From Bdellovibrionales bacterium (GTDB lineage Bacteria; Bdellovibrionota; Bdellovibrionia; Bdellovibrionales; JAUICD01): DNA of 64,000 nucleotides. Shown piece by piece: positions 20,205-31,001 of this stretch (within the stretch, counting starts at the first letter, position 1; each line of letters opens with the position of its first letter). The position numbers and the translations under genes are program-made. The notes below the pieces were generated by a model that was not told the DNA's origin, made no database searches, and saw only the letters and a list, made by a program, of their open reading frames with translations. The DNA is taken from assembly GCA_965262715.1 (NCBI GenBank), contig OZ253553.1, positions 2,848,001 through 2,912,000 of the forward strand. Reading direction: 5' to 3'.

Positions 20205-22185
20205 GTTAGGAAATACTTATGAGGTTGTATTTTACTTATAGCGGTGTTTATGCAGAATTTCCTTAACATTGTGTTAAAAGATAAAAGGAGTCTGTTTACT
20301 CAAAATGAACGGATTTTTGAGGCAGTCAGCATTTTCTTGAAGATGTAAATCTTCAGGCTGACTGTCCAAAAATGACCAGAGGTCAGTTTATTTTGAGTGA
20401 GACAACGAGCTTCTTTCTAATTCTCAAGCTGATGACTAAGTTAGGAAATACTTATGAGGTTGTATTTTACTTATAGCGGTGTTTATGCAGAATTTCCTTA
20501 ACATTGTGTTAAAAGATAAAAGGAGTCTGTTTACTCAAAATGAACGGATTTTTGAGGCAGTCAGCATTTTCTTGAAGATGTAAATCTTCAGGCTGACTGT
20601 CCAAAAATGACCAGAGGTCAGTTTATTTTGAGTGAGACAACGAGCTTCTTTCTAATTCTCAAGCTGATGACTAAGTTAGGAAATACTTATGAGGTTGTAT
20701 TTTACTTATAGCGGTGTTTATGCAGAATTTCCTTAACATTGTGTTAAAAGATAAAAGGAGTCTGTTTACTCAAAATGAACGGATTTTTGAGGCAGTCAGC
20801 ATTTTCTTGAAGATGTAAATCTTCAGGCTGACTGTCCAAAAATGACCAGAGGTCAGTTTATTTTGAGTGAGACAACGAGCTTCTTTCTAATTCTCAAGCT
20901 GATGACTAAGTTAGGAAATACTTATGAGGTTGTATTTTACTTATAGCGGTGTTTATGCAGAATTTCCTTAACATTGTGTTAAAAGATAAAAGGAGTCTGT
21001 TTACTCAAAATGAACGGATTTTTGAGGCAGTCAGCATTTTCTTGAAGATGTAAATCTTCAGGCTGACTGTCCAAAAATGACCAGAGGTCAGTTTATTTTG
21101 AGTGAGACAACGAGCTTCTTTCTAATTCTCAAGCTGATGACTAAGTTAGGAAATACTTATGAGGTTGTATTTTACTTATAGCGGTGTTTATGCAGAATTT
21201 CCTTAACATTGTGTTAAAAGATAAAAGGAGTCTGTTTACTCAAAATGAACGGATTTTTGAGGCAGTCAGCATTTTCTTGAAGATGTAAATCTTCAGGCTG
21301 ACTGTCCAAAAATGACCAGAGGTCAGTTTATTTTGAGTGAGACAACGAGCTTCTTTCTAATTCTCAAGCTGATGACTAAGTTAGGAAATACTTATGAGGT
21401 TGTATTTTACTTATAGCGGTGTTTATGCAGAATTTCCTTAACATTGTGTTAAAAGATAAAAGGAGTCTGTTTACTCAAAATGAACGGATTTTTGAGGCAG
21501 TCAGCATTTTCTTGAAGATGTAAATCTTCAGGCTGACTGTCCAAAAATGACCAGAGGTCAGTTTATTTTGAGTGAGACAACGAGCTTCTTTCTAATTCTC
21601 AAGCTGATGACTAAGTTAGGAAATACTTATGAGGTTGTATTTTACTTATAGCGGTGTTTATGCAGAATTTCCTTAACATTGTGTTAAAAGATAAAAGGAG
21701 TCTGTTTACTCAAAATGAACGGATTTTTGAGGCAGTCAGCATTTTCTTGAAGATGTAAATCTTCAGGCTGACTGTCCAAAAATGACCAGAGGTCAGTTTA
21801 TTTTGAGTGAGACAACGAGCTTCTTTCTAATTCTCAAGCTGATGACTAAGTTAGGAAATACTTATGAGGTTGTATTTTACTTATAGCGGTGTTTATGCAG
21901 AATTTCCTTAACATTGTGTTAAAAGATAAAAGGAGTCTGTTTACTCAAAATGAACGGATTTTTGAGGCAGTCAGCATTTTCTTGAAGATGTAAATCTTCA
22001 GGCTGACTGTCCAAAAATGACCAGAGGTCAGTTTATTTTGAGTGAGACAACGAGCTTCTTTCTAATTCTCAAGCTGATGACTAAGTTAGGAAATACTTAT
22101 GAGGTTGTATTTTACTTATAGCGGTGTTTATGCAGAATTTCCTTAACATTGTGTTAAAAGATGAAAGGAGTCTGTTTACTCAAAA
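20172..22185 (+). repeat. 235-bp tandem array: 8 apparently identical units plus a partial ninth
   Basis: Unit starts gagcttctttctaattctc at 20172, 20407, 20642, 20877, 21112, 21347, 21582, 21817, 22052. Each unit = last 33 nt of gspE + ~52-nt spacer + ~150-nt hairpin element (H2). Confidence 0.95.
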
Positions 22186-22321
22186 TAAACCAACCTCTGG
22201 TTGCTTTCTGGCAATGACCCTGACGGCTAATGCCCTCAGCAAATAGGCCATTACCTAGAAAGTCCGTTTATTTTGAGTAGGCAGATATTCCTCATTTCTT
22301 TACATCATGTTAAGGGAATCG
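22170..22321 (-). repeat. Structured hairpin element, copy H3
   Basis: ctcaaaataaac/gtttattttgag, ctttctggcaatgacc/ggccattacctagaaag, ctgacggc-taat-gccctcag; tail atcatgttaagggaatc. Confidence 0.75.
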
Positions 22322-22518
22322 ATTAAACTTATTTCTAAACTAATCTCATAGAACCTTCTACGTTCTCTATTACTAGATTTAGCAGAGCCTTCAGCCAGGT
22401 TTAATACAATGCTAAGTATAGCTCTTTGGAACTGATTTTTTATTGGTCCTCTTAAGCTTAAATTGTTAGATTTACGATAGAGTTGGGTTGCTAAGTAATA
22501 AGTTTTGAATTTTTTCAT
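22300..22518 (-). pseudogene. Four-helix-bundle protein (23S rRNA IVP / Avd-like fold family), 3'-truncated
   Basis: MKKFKTYYLA...NQFQRAILSIVLNLAEGSAK...ERRRFYEISL. The last helices (GSLREVQ...) seen in the 41268 copy are missing and replaced by hairpin-element tail. Confidence 0.8.
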
Positions 22519-22658
22519 AAAAAGAAATAGAAACATTTTCCCTAACATGTATGTAAAAAGTGAAAGGAGTCTGTTTACTCAAAATGAACGGATTTTTGAG
22601 GCAGTGACGGATGAATTGTTTTTTTAGAAAAAACAGGGAAAAATCTTTGAAAGCCTTG

Positions 22659-22754
22659 ATTTAATATTTTAAGCCAAGCCTCGAAGTCCTCGAGCCGTCG
22701 CTTAGACAGCGATGGCTCTGCGGAAGATCTCGTCTTTGGCTTAAAATATTAAAT
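22659..22754 (+). repeat. Long imperfect palindrome
   Basis: 19-bp perfect IR atttaatattttaagccaa/ttggcttaaaatattaaat enclosing gagccgtcgct-tagac-agcgatggctc. Confidence 0.75.
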
Positions 22755-23139
22755 TTTAACTTGCTATAAAGATTTGAGATGATTTGTTAATAAGAGAGAG
22801 TATAGGAGGTGAGCCAGTGAATGATTTCCTTAATTTGTGTTAAGGAAAATGTTTTCGTTTCTTTTTATTATGCAAAAACTCAGAACAGATCCAGTTTGCC
22901 AGCTTTACCTATATCTTTTTAGGATGCACCCACAAATAAGGGACAAAAATTGTAAGCGCATTACAAAAACTGTAAGCAAGAATATTGCTTAAAACGTTAT
23001 TTTTTTAGCTTATGAATCCTTAAAGTTAATTTTAATCTACTTTCACCAAAATTTGTGACATGAATGAAATTGGCACGAATTTTGGAGTAATAAACAATAA
23101 AGTGATCTAATTATGAAAAACTAAGATAAGGATTTAATA

Positions 23140-24012
23140 ATGATGGAAATATTGAATAGATTAAAAAAACAATCAAAGAAATACTCTAATAAAGTATGTT
23201 TTCTCACTAAGTATGCTGCGTGTTGTTCCTTCCTACTTTTATCAGCTTGTACCTCCGCGCCAACTCCAGAAGAAATCACTGCAAAAGTTTATGAAGAATA
23301 TGGCACAACGCCAATGGCTATAAACAACCTTTCTAAAGGTAAAAAATTACTACCTATTTATGAAGCTGTTAAAAGAAATGATAATGAGGCTGTTAAAACA
23401 TTCTTACAAAATTCAAGGGTCAACCTCTATATCAAGCCTTCATTGCTTATAAGAGCTGCTTACAATGGTAATATAGAAATAGTATCTCAACTTTTAGGAA
23501 AAGGTGTTAGAGTTAATGAACAAAATCATCATGGTGAAACAGCTCTTATTATTGCAACAAGAAAACAACATGCTCGTATTGTAGAAATGTTATTGGAAGC
23601 AGGAGCTAAAACAAATATACAAAATAACAAGGGTACAACAGCACTGATGAAAGCTGTTCTTTCTGGAAACACTCAAGCTACAAACTTGTTATTGAAAGCA
23701 AGAGCTAATCGTAACATACGCAATAATTTCAATAGAACAGCATTGATTTATGCAGTTGCTAAAGATCATGAAGAAATTGCTTTAGAATTGATACAGCCGG
23801 GTATTGACTTAGATGTAAAAGATAAAAAAGGCAATACAGCACTGATTTATGCAGCACAAAACGGCAACCTAAATATTCTTCAAAAACTTATTCAAAATGG
23901 CGCAAGAGTTGAGCTTAACGACAAAGATAAAACAGCTCTTAAGCTAGCAGCTATGAAAGGACACACTAACATCGTTAAGTCTCTCATACAGGCAAATACA
24001 AAAGATTTCTAA
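23140..24012 (+). CDS. Ankyrin-repeat lipoprotein
   Basis: LLSAC lipobox; repeated GxTALxxA...G ankyrin units. Confidence 0.9.
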   Translation: MMEILNRLKKQSKKYSNKVCFLTKYAACCSFLLLSACTSAPTPEEITAKVYEEYGTTPMAINNLSKGKKLLPIYEAVKRNDNEAVKTFLQNSRVNLYIKPSLLIRAAYNGNIEIVSQLLGKGVRVNEQNHHGETALIIATRKQHARIVEMLLEAGAKTNIQNNKGTTALMKAVLSGNTQATNLLLKARANRNIRNNFNRTALIYAVAKDHEEIALELIQPGIDLDVKDKKGNTALIYAAQNGNLNILQKLIQNGARVELNDKDKTALKLAAMKGHTNIVKSLIQANTKDF

Positions 24013-24059
24013 GAAAAACTCTGTCTTATGTTGCTTACTTACAGCTGCAAATACAGATC

Positions 24060-25154
24060 TTACAATGTAAGGTCTGTATTTGTTTTTCGTAATTGGCCTT
24101 GCAGTTGACCACAAGCTGCATAAATATCTCGTCCCATTGTTTTTCTTAATAAAACATGAGCCCCAAGCTCTATAAGCTTTCTCTGAAATGCTAACACGGC
24201 TGTGTCAGAAGGTCTTTCAAAACCTGAATCAGGATGTTCATTAAAAGGAATGATATTGATCTTACATGGAATACTTCTTGTAAGCTTTCTTAATCTAATA
24301 GCATCTTCCAAACTATCTGTTACACCTTTTAAGAGCACATACTCAAAAGTAACTTTATCTTTAGTCTCTCTTGTATATTCCTTGCAGGTTTTTAACAGCT
24401 GGGTCATAGAGTATTTACGGTTAATAGGCATGATCTGAGAGCGTATCTCCTCTGTAGTAGCATTTAAGCTCACTGCTAATCTCACACCTAATTGAGCTAT
24501 CTTTGAAATATGAGGTACAAGTCCTGACGTAGATACAGTGATTCTTTTTTTGGAAATATTATATCCCCAATCTGATGTCAAAATTTCTATAGCCTTACAA
24601 ACAGCCTCTAAATTATCAAGAGGTTCACCCATACCCATAAACACAATGTTCGTTATCTTTTTAGATTGGTTTTTTATATGGCCAACTGTTTTACTAGTAT
24701 GTAAGGAATGATCTGACTTAAGAAGAGCTAGTGAAGCCAATAGATATTGAGCTACAATCTCTTCTGCTGTTAGACGTTTTAAAAGCTTCTGCTTAGCTGT
24801 AAAACAAAATTTGCAACCTAAATTACAACCTACTTCAGAAGATAAGCAAAGAGTTAAACGGTCCTCTGAAGGGATTAAAACAGTCTCAACACTTTTATTA
24901 TTTCCTGCGCTTATCAGAAACTTTTCTGTACCATCTTGACTTTTTGACCTATGGAGAACTTGTGGCAATTGAAAATCTAAGAGACCTGAAATATCAGCTC
25001 GAAAAGATTTTGATAAGTTTGTCATATCATCTAAGTTTAATACATGTTTTTGATAAACCCACTTAAAGATTTGCTGCGCTCGATAAGATTCTTTACCTAA
25101 GCCTTTTAACAAATCACTTAAATCTTTTAAACTTAGAGATAAAACATGAGGCAT
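24060..25154 (-). CDS. rlmN: 23S rRNA (adenine-C2)-methyltransferase RlmN (likely start ATG 25154)
   Basis: CNLGCKFC radical-SAM motif, VFMGMGEP, DIYAACGQL. Confidence 0.95.
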   Translation of the reverse strand: MPHVLSLSLKDLSDLLKGLGKESYRAQQIFKWVYQKHVLNLDDMTNLSKSFRADISGLLDFQLPQVLHRSKSQDGTEKFLISAGNNKSVETVLIPSEDRLTLCLSSEVGCNLGCKFCFTAKQKLLKRLTAEEIVAQYLLASLALLKSDHSLHTSKTVGHIKNQSKKITNIVFMGMGEPLDNLEAVCKAIEILTSDWGYNISKKRITVSTSGLVPHISKIAQLGVRLAVSLNATTEEIRSQIMPINRKYSMTQLLKTCKEYTRETKDKVTFEYVLLKGVTDSLEDAIRLRKLTRSIPCKINIIPFNEHPDSGFERPSDTAVLAFQRKLIELGAHVLLRKTMGRDIYAACGQLQGQLRKTNTDLTL

Positions 25155-25155
25155 T

Positions 25156-25575
25156 TTAAAATACCTCACTATGATCAAGTGCCTGGTTGGCAAGCCTGTC
25201 TGCTTCTTGATTTAAATTTCTGGAGATATGTTCTAGTTGAAAGCTTTCAAATTGACTTAATAATTGTTTGCATTTTTTAAATAAAGGAATGAGTGTTGCC
25301 TTTTTAACACGATACGCTCCTAATAATTGACGGATTAAAAGCTGACTATCACTTTTGAGAATCACCTCAGAAACTTGATTGTCGAAAGCTATCTGAAGTC
25401 CCTTAACTACAGCCATATACTCTGCAAAATTATTGGTCTGGTGCCCTAATGTTTCCCCAAATTCAGTGCACACATGACCATCAAGGTCAGTAATATAAAC
25501 ACCAATTGATGCAGGTCCAGGATTACCTCGAGAAGCTCCATCTGTATAAATAAACACTTTATTAGGCCATTTCAT
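25156..25575 (-). CDS. rnhA: Ribonuclease HI family protein
   Basis: YTDGASRGNPGPA, TNNFAEY, SDSQL, NQEADRLAN. Confidence 0.9.
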   Translation of the reverse strand: MKWPNKVFIYTDGASRGNPGPASIGVYITDLDGHVCTEFGETLGHQTNNFAEYMAVVKGLQIAFDNQVSEVILKSDSQLLIRQLLGAYRVKKATLIPLFKKCKQLLSQFESFQLEHISRNLNQEADRLANQALDHSEVF

Positions 25576-25797
25576 AAACTCTTAACATCTCTTTAATCTA
25601 ACAAAAATGCAAGTAAAAAATAGAGCTATTATGCAAAACTTTTTCTTTGCACTTCTCTGATTTTTATGTAATTCTACTTTGAGTATTTTATTAAAGGCAG
25701 GGATCTTGGATAATATCAATGTTGTTGAAGAGCCAAAGCATTAAGTAAAAACTGGAAAATAACACTCAATGTTCTTTTCCTTACTGTTGCTGTATTT

Positions 25798-26580
25798 GTG
25801 GTCTATTATGAGATCATAGATTATATGGAACTTAAAACTACAAGTGCCCTTTTTATAGGGCTTCCAATGCTTATTGGGTTACTTGTGGTTAATCTCACTC
25901 GTACAAGAGATACATTCGAAATGACTGTGAAAGTCACTGTTATTATTCTATGTCTTGTGGCACCACTTTTAGGTGAAGGAAGTATATGTATTTTAATGAT
26001 GGCTCCAATCTTCTTAGGAATAAATTTGATACTCGTTTTAATATATCAAAGCATAAGAAATAAATATTTGATGTGTTTCATAGTATTTTTACCTTTTTTT
26101 ACAGGTTTTATTGAAAAAAACTCACTTATACAGGAACAAGAATTTTTAAAAATGACAACAGAAACAATTGTCACAGGAACATTTGAAGAATGGCAGAACA
26201 AAATCAGTAGTTCCACTTATATATCAAAAAATGTTCCAATGTTTCTTAATCTTGGTTTTCCACTGCCTACTAAGATATCGGATCACAACTCTCAAATATT
26301 AATAAACTTTGACAAAGGAGGTTTTTGGGATGTTAGTAAAAAAGTAAAAAAGGGCTCAATCAGATATGCTCTCATAAAAGATACTTCAAAGATTAATGAC
26401 TGGATCAAAATCAAAGGCAGTCATGTAGAGATTACCAAAATAAATAATCAAAAGACACTCATTAAACAAACAACGAGTTATTACTCAAAAGTTTTTCCTA
26501 GATGGTACTTTTCTCCTTTTCAAAAACTGGCAGTAAAACAATTACATCAATTTGCTATCTCTTCATGGAAAAAAATATAA
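25798..26580 (+). CDS. Hypothetical membrane protein with soluble C-terminal domain
   Basis: Four hydrophobic segments incl. LLGEGSICILMMAP; stop directly abuts the next ATG. Confidence 0.7.
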   Translation: MVYYEIIDYMELKTTSALFIGLPMLIGLLVVNLTRTRDTFEMTVKVTVIILCLVAPLLGEGSICILMMAPIFLGINLILVLIYQSIRNKYLMCFIVFLPFFTGFIEKNSLIQEQEFLKMTTETIVTGTFEEWQNKISSSTYISKNVPMFLNLGFPLPTKISDHNSQILINFDKGGFWDVSKKVKKGSIRYALIKDTSKINDWIKIKGSHVEITKINNQKTLIKQTTSYYSKVFPRWYFSPFQKLAVKQLHQFAISSWKKI

Positions 26581-27999
26581 ATGTCTGAAGTTAAGAATTT
26601 GATCATAGAAAACTTTGCAATCTTTAGACTTCTTTTGTTTCTTTGCTCTTGCTCTTATGCGGTTATTTTATATTATTGGTTAAAACCAAATGCTTTTCAG
26701 TTCCGAGCTGGAATTATGGCAGTTACTGTTCAATTTTGGATAGGAATTCTTTTTAATTATTTATCTGTTGAGCTTGGATTTTGGAAATATCATCAAATGG
26801 GTTTTATGGTTCTAGATGTACCTATCGATATGCACATCGATTGGGCTATTTTGTGGGGATTTGGTATTTGTTGGCTTTCTGAAAGATGGCCAGGCAAAAA
26901 TATGACAATCATTAATTTTTTAATTTATATTCTCTCTTGGACTATTTTCACTTTATTGTTTGATATTGCGATGGTTAACTGGATGGTATTTCTTGAAGAC
27001 TATTCTCACAACTGGTGGATAGCAGATATTTGTAGTCTACTTGCTATTCAAGGGGTCACTGTTTGGTTTTATAAATCTATTAATAAGACAAATCGTCAAA
27101 ATTATGATTTACAATTTTTGCCTGTTATATCTCCTTATATAAGGAGTTTAATTTACCTTTCTTTATTTATTTGTTTGTTTTTTATTTATATTCCTGAACA
27201 AATAAATATTCTAATGAATTATTTTAGCATTAAAATGACAAATTATCATTTTAATGAACTTGCTTATCTCATTCTTTTTATTTCTGTAGCTATTGGAGGA
27301 TGGGCGACTCACGAGTTTGCTAAAAAAGGAGAAGGCACTCCTATTCCTTTAGATGAACCTCATTTTTTAGTGACTTCTGGGCCATATCTTTTTATGTCCA
27401 ACTCTATGCAAGTTTCTGGAATTTTGTTGACCATATCGATTCTTCTTTTTAATTTTAACTGGATAAATTTGATCTATCTTGTTGATGTTATACTTGTTGT
27501 CTGGTTGATATTTGAACGTTTTGAGAGCATACACCTCCATCGAGTTTACAAGGAAGCCTTTCGAAGATACCTTGAGTCAGTTCCTCCTTGGAAGATTAAG
27601 TTTATAGCGCAAAAATTAGATAAAAAGTTAAGACCAACACTTTTTATAGATTCTGGATGTAAAATATGTGTTAGACTTTCTAAAAAGTTTAAGAGATTTG
27701 ACTTTTCTGATAACATCAAGATCAAATCATTAAATGATGTATCTAAAGAAGGCCATTATCACTTAGAGACTTTAGCTAAGTCTAAAACCACTATGATTTT
27801 TATCGAGCCAAGAGTTAGTAAAAATAGCCATCAACCACTTGACTTTCTTTACTCTATAAAAGGAAGGGCTGTTTTAAGATTATTTGGATATATGCCGGCT
27901 CCATTTTGTTTTATAGCTGCCTTTGAAGGAATTCATGGAATTCCTTTATTAACTGATTTATTCTATAATTTTTTTGCAAAAATGCGAAAATATATGTAA
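26581..27999 (+). CDS. Polytopic membrane protein: ICMT/PEMT-like methyltransferase domain fused to DCC1-like CxxC domain
   Basis: GEGTPIPLDEPHFLVTSGPY motif; C-terminal FIDSGCKICV. Confidence 0.65.
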   Translation: MSEVKNLIIENFAIFRLLLFLCSCSYAVILYYWLKPNAFQFRAGIMAVTVQFWIGILFNYLSVELGFWKYHQMGFMVLDVPIDMHIDWAILWGFGICWLSERWPGKNMTIINFLIYILSWTIFTLLFDIAMVNWMVFLEDYSHNWWIADICSLLAIQGVTVWFYKSINKTNRQNYDLQFLPVISPYIRSLIYLSLFICLFFIYIPEQINILMNYFSIKMTNYHFNELAYLILFISVAIGGWATHEFAKKGEGTPIPLDEPHFLVTSGPYLFMSNSMQVSGILLTISILLFNFNWINLIYLVDVILVVWLIFERFESIHLHRVYKEAFRRYLESVPPWKIKFIAQKLDKKLRPTLFIDSGCKICVRLSKKFKRFDFSDNIKIKSLNDVSKEGHYHLETLAKSKTTMIFIEPRVSKNSHQPLDFLYSIKGRAVLRLFGYMPAPFCFIAAFEGIHGIPLLTDLFYNFFAKMRKYM

Positions 28000-28226
28000 T
28001 AAGCTATTTCTCAAAAATAGGTTTTGTATTTTGTTTTTACAAGTTAAAAGTTAAGGTAGCAAATCCGTACTACACGTACCACTGTACTACAAAGGACTTC
28101 TGGCAAGTCCGGCAAAGAAGTTCATGGCAACTGTTTGTCGGATTGCCTGAAAAAGTATAGGTAATACAGGAACATTATACTAACACATATAAATATTTGC
28201 GCAACAAAGCTCATCTGATTTATAAT

Positions 28227-30638
28227 TTAGATGGCAACTGGAATTGAGGACTTCCTTTTAAGCCTTGTGGAAGCTAATTTTGTTTTTGCTTTTCTTTCAA
28301 GAGCAACAGCTAAAACTTCATCGATATGCTTAACAGGTATAAATGTTATCTTTTGTCTTAATTCTTTAGGTATATCTATCAAGTCCTTTTTATTTTGAAA
28401 AGGGATAATAACACTCTTTGATCCATGTCTTAAAGCTGCAAGAACTTTATCTTTTAATCCTCCAATAGGAAGAATCCTTCCAGTAAGTGTCATTTCACCT
28501 GTCATAGCAATATCACTTTTCACACTGGTTTCTGTAATCAGAGAGATAATTGCTGTGGCGATAGTGATACCTGCAGAAGGACCATCTTTTGATATAGCAC
28601 CTGCTGGCAGGTGGACATGAATTTCATGATCATCAAACCATTTATCAGGAATACCTAAAGCTTTTGCATGAGCTCTTGTATAGGCAAGTGCAGCCTGTGC
28701 GGATTCTTTCATTACATCTCCCAACTGACCTGTGAGAGTGATTTTGTTCTTTCCTTTCATTTTAAGAGCTTCAATATATAAAATTTCCCCTCCTACAGGA
28801 GTCCAAGCAAGCCCTGTGGCAACTCCTATACGATCTTCATTTTCCATGTCATCTCTAATAAACTTTGCTGGTCCTAAGAATTTGTCAATGTTATTTGATT
28901 TGATAACATATTTTTTATTTTTTTCACCTTTTACAATTTTCGTGGCTATTTTACGACAAATACTCTCAATTTCACGTTCTAAATTACGTAAGCCGGCCTC
29001 TCTAGTGTAATCAGAAATCAATGTTTGGAGTCCGCCATCAGTAAATTCTATGTTTTTCTTCTTATCAATACCATGAGCTTTTAATTGCTTTTCAATAAGA
29101 TGTTTTTTAGAAATTAATAATTTTTCTTGTTCAGTATATCCAGATAAGTTAATGACTTCCATACGATCTCTTAAAACTTTAGGGATGTTTTCTAAAACAT
29201 TTGCTGTTGCTAAAAACATCACCTTGCTTAAATCAAAATTCACATTTAAGTAATGGTCTCTAAAAGTATGATTTTGTTCAGGATCTAAAACTTCTAAGAG
29301 CGCAGCACTTGGGTCTCCACGAAAGTCATTTCCTAATTTATCTATTTCATCTAGAACAAAGACAGGATTTTTAGATTTGGCATTTTTTAAAGCTTGTATA
29401 ATCTTTCCAGGCATAGCTCCTACATAAGTACGTCTATGACCTCGTATTTCTGCTTCATCTTTTACACCACCTAATGAGACACGTTCATATTTTCGTCCCA
29501 TAGCTTTGGCAATACTCTTACCTAAAGATGTTTTACCGACTCCAGGAGGACCTGCAAAACACAAAATAGGACCTTTCATATCCTCTTTGAGTTGTCTAAC
29601 AGCCAGAAATTCTAAAATCCTCTCTTTGACTTTTTCGATAGCATAATGATCGGTATCTAAAAATTGACGAGCATGTTCAATATTCAAATTATCTACAGTT
29701 TCATGTTTCCATGGTAGTTCAATACACCAATCAATATATGTTTGAAGAATGGAGTTTTCACTAGCATCTGGGTGTGTCTTAGAAAGTCTGTGTAGTTGCT
29801 TGAGACATTCTTTTTCAACATCCTCAGGCATTCCAGCTTTTTTAATGCTTTCACGCAGTTCATCAATATCTTCACCTTTATAATCGACTTCTCCAAGTTC
29901 ACTTTTAATGGCTCGTAATTGTTCACGTAAGAAATATTCTTTCTGTGTTTTACTCATTTCGTCCTTTGCCGTATTTTTGATTTTTTCTTGCATGGATAGA
30001 ACTTCTAATTCATTTTTCAGATGTTCTAAAACTATCTTTAATCGATCTGCAGGATTCTCTGTTTCTAATATTTTTTGAGCATCTGGCACTTTAAGATCTA
30101 GGTTACTAGCAACTAAGTCGGCTGTTCTTCCTGGGTCAACTACATCATCAAGAACTAAAAGAATATCTGGTGAAAAGACTTTCCCATGAGCAATGATTCT
30201 TTCTAAAAAATCTTTTAAGTTTCTCATAATAGCTTCAGCCTCTAAATCGTGGCTCATGTTTTTATTTTGCTCCTTTTGAAAGCATTCTACTTTAACTTCT
30301 AAATGAGGTTTTGTATGAATATATGAAGTGATTTTTCCTTTAGAAATACCTTGTATAAGTATTTTAATTCGACCATCTGATAACTTACGCATTCTTGTGA
30401 TCATACCTACAGTACCTACACTAAATATAGATTCAGGCACGGGGTCTTCGTCTATCATATTCTTTTGAGACGATAGAAAAATCAGTCTATTTCTAGAAAG
30501 AGACTCTTCTACAGCTTTTATAGAAGATTCACGTCCTATAAAGAGAGGTAAAATCATATAAGGAAATATCACAATGTCTCGGACAGGTAATAAAGGCATA
30601 TTTTCAGAAATCTCTATATTTGAGTCATCAAATATCAT
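28227..30638 (-). CDS. lon: Endopeptidase La (Lon)
   Basis: Lon N domain, GPPGVGKTS, GHRRTYVGAMPG, KDGPSAG, PIGGLKDK. Confidence 0.97.
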   Translation of the reverse strand: MIFDDSNIEISENMPLLPVRDIVIFPYMILPLFIGRESSIKAVEESLSRNRLIFLSSQKNMIDEDPVPESIFSVGTVGMITRMRKLSDGRIKILIQGISKGKITSYIHTKPHLEVKVECFQKEQNKNMSHDLEAEAIMRNLKDFLERIIAHGKVFSPDILLVLDDVVDPGRTADLVASNLDLKVPDAQKILETENPADRLKIVLEHLKNELEVLSMQEKIKNTAKDEMSKTQKEYFLREQLRAIKSELGEVDYKGEDIDELRESIKKAGMPEDVEKECLKQLHRLSKTHPDASENSILQTYIDWCIELPWKHETVDNLNIEHARQFLDTDHYAIEKVKERILEFLAVRQLKEDMKGPILCFAGPPGVGKTSLGKSIAKAMGRKYERVSLGGVKDEAEIRGHRRTYVGAMPGKIIQALKNAKSKNPVFVLDEIDKLGNDFRGDPSAALLEVLDPEQNHTFRDHYLNVNFDLSKVMFLATANVLENIPKVLRDRMEVINLSGYTEQEKLLISKKHLIEKQLKAHGIDKKKNIEFTDGGLQTLISDYTREAGLRNLEREIESICRKIATKIVKGEKNKKYVIKSNNIDKFLGPAKFIRDDMENEDRIGVATGLAWTPVGGEILYIEALKMKGKNKITLTGQLGDVMKESAQAALAYTRAHAKALGIPDKWFDDHEIHVHLPAGAISKDGPSAGITIATAIISLITETSVKSDIAMTGEMTLTGRILPIGGLKDKVLAALRHGSKSVIIPFQNKKDLIDIPKELRQKITFIPVKHIDEVLAVALERKAKTKLASTRLKRKSSIPVAI

Positions 30639-31001
30639 GGGGTGTTTTCTCCTCGTCTTAATTTTTGTTTCATCAATATCTAGGGTATTCTTAAATTTAC
30701 TTAAAGCTTATGCTTCTTATAAAAATATTCGGAGCATATAAAGGATGGCTTAACCTCAAAAAGACCTAAAAATAACTAAATGATGATTTGAAAATAGAAC
30801 ATAGGTATAGAATAGAAGCTATTACTGTTTTGATGTAAATCATTGAAGTTACAAATTATTTCTTATTAAGTCTTTTTTGGCATCTAGCAAAATGGACTTG
30901 GCATGATCATTCTCATTCTCATTCAATCTTACATTTGCAAGCACTTTATACTGAATACCAGATGAAATAAGAGTTGTAAAAGCTAATGATAAGGATGAAC
31001 A

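Noticed and set aside
20172..22185. CRISPR or integron cassette array
   Set aside because: Units are identical with no variable spacers or cassette ORFs; no integrase; no convincing RYYYAAC/GTTRRRY boxes at the hairpin ends.
22300..22518. Diversity-generating retroelement (Avd-like gene plus repeats)
   Set aside because: No reverse transcriptase in the window, and I saw no TR/VR pair with adenine-specific mismatches.
22692..22718. Group II intron domain V (gagccg start)
   Set aside because: Lacks the DV length, bulge and GNRA loop; no intron ORF or DVI.
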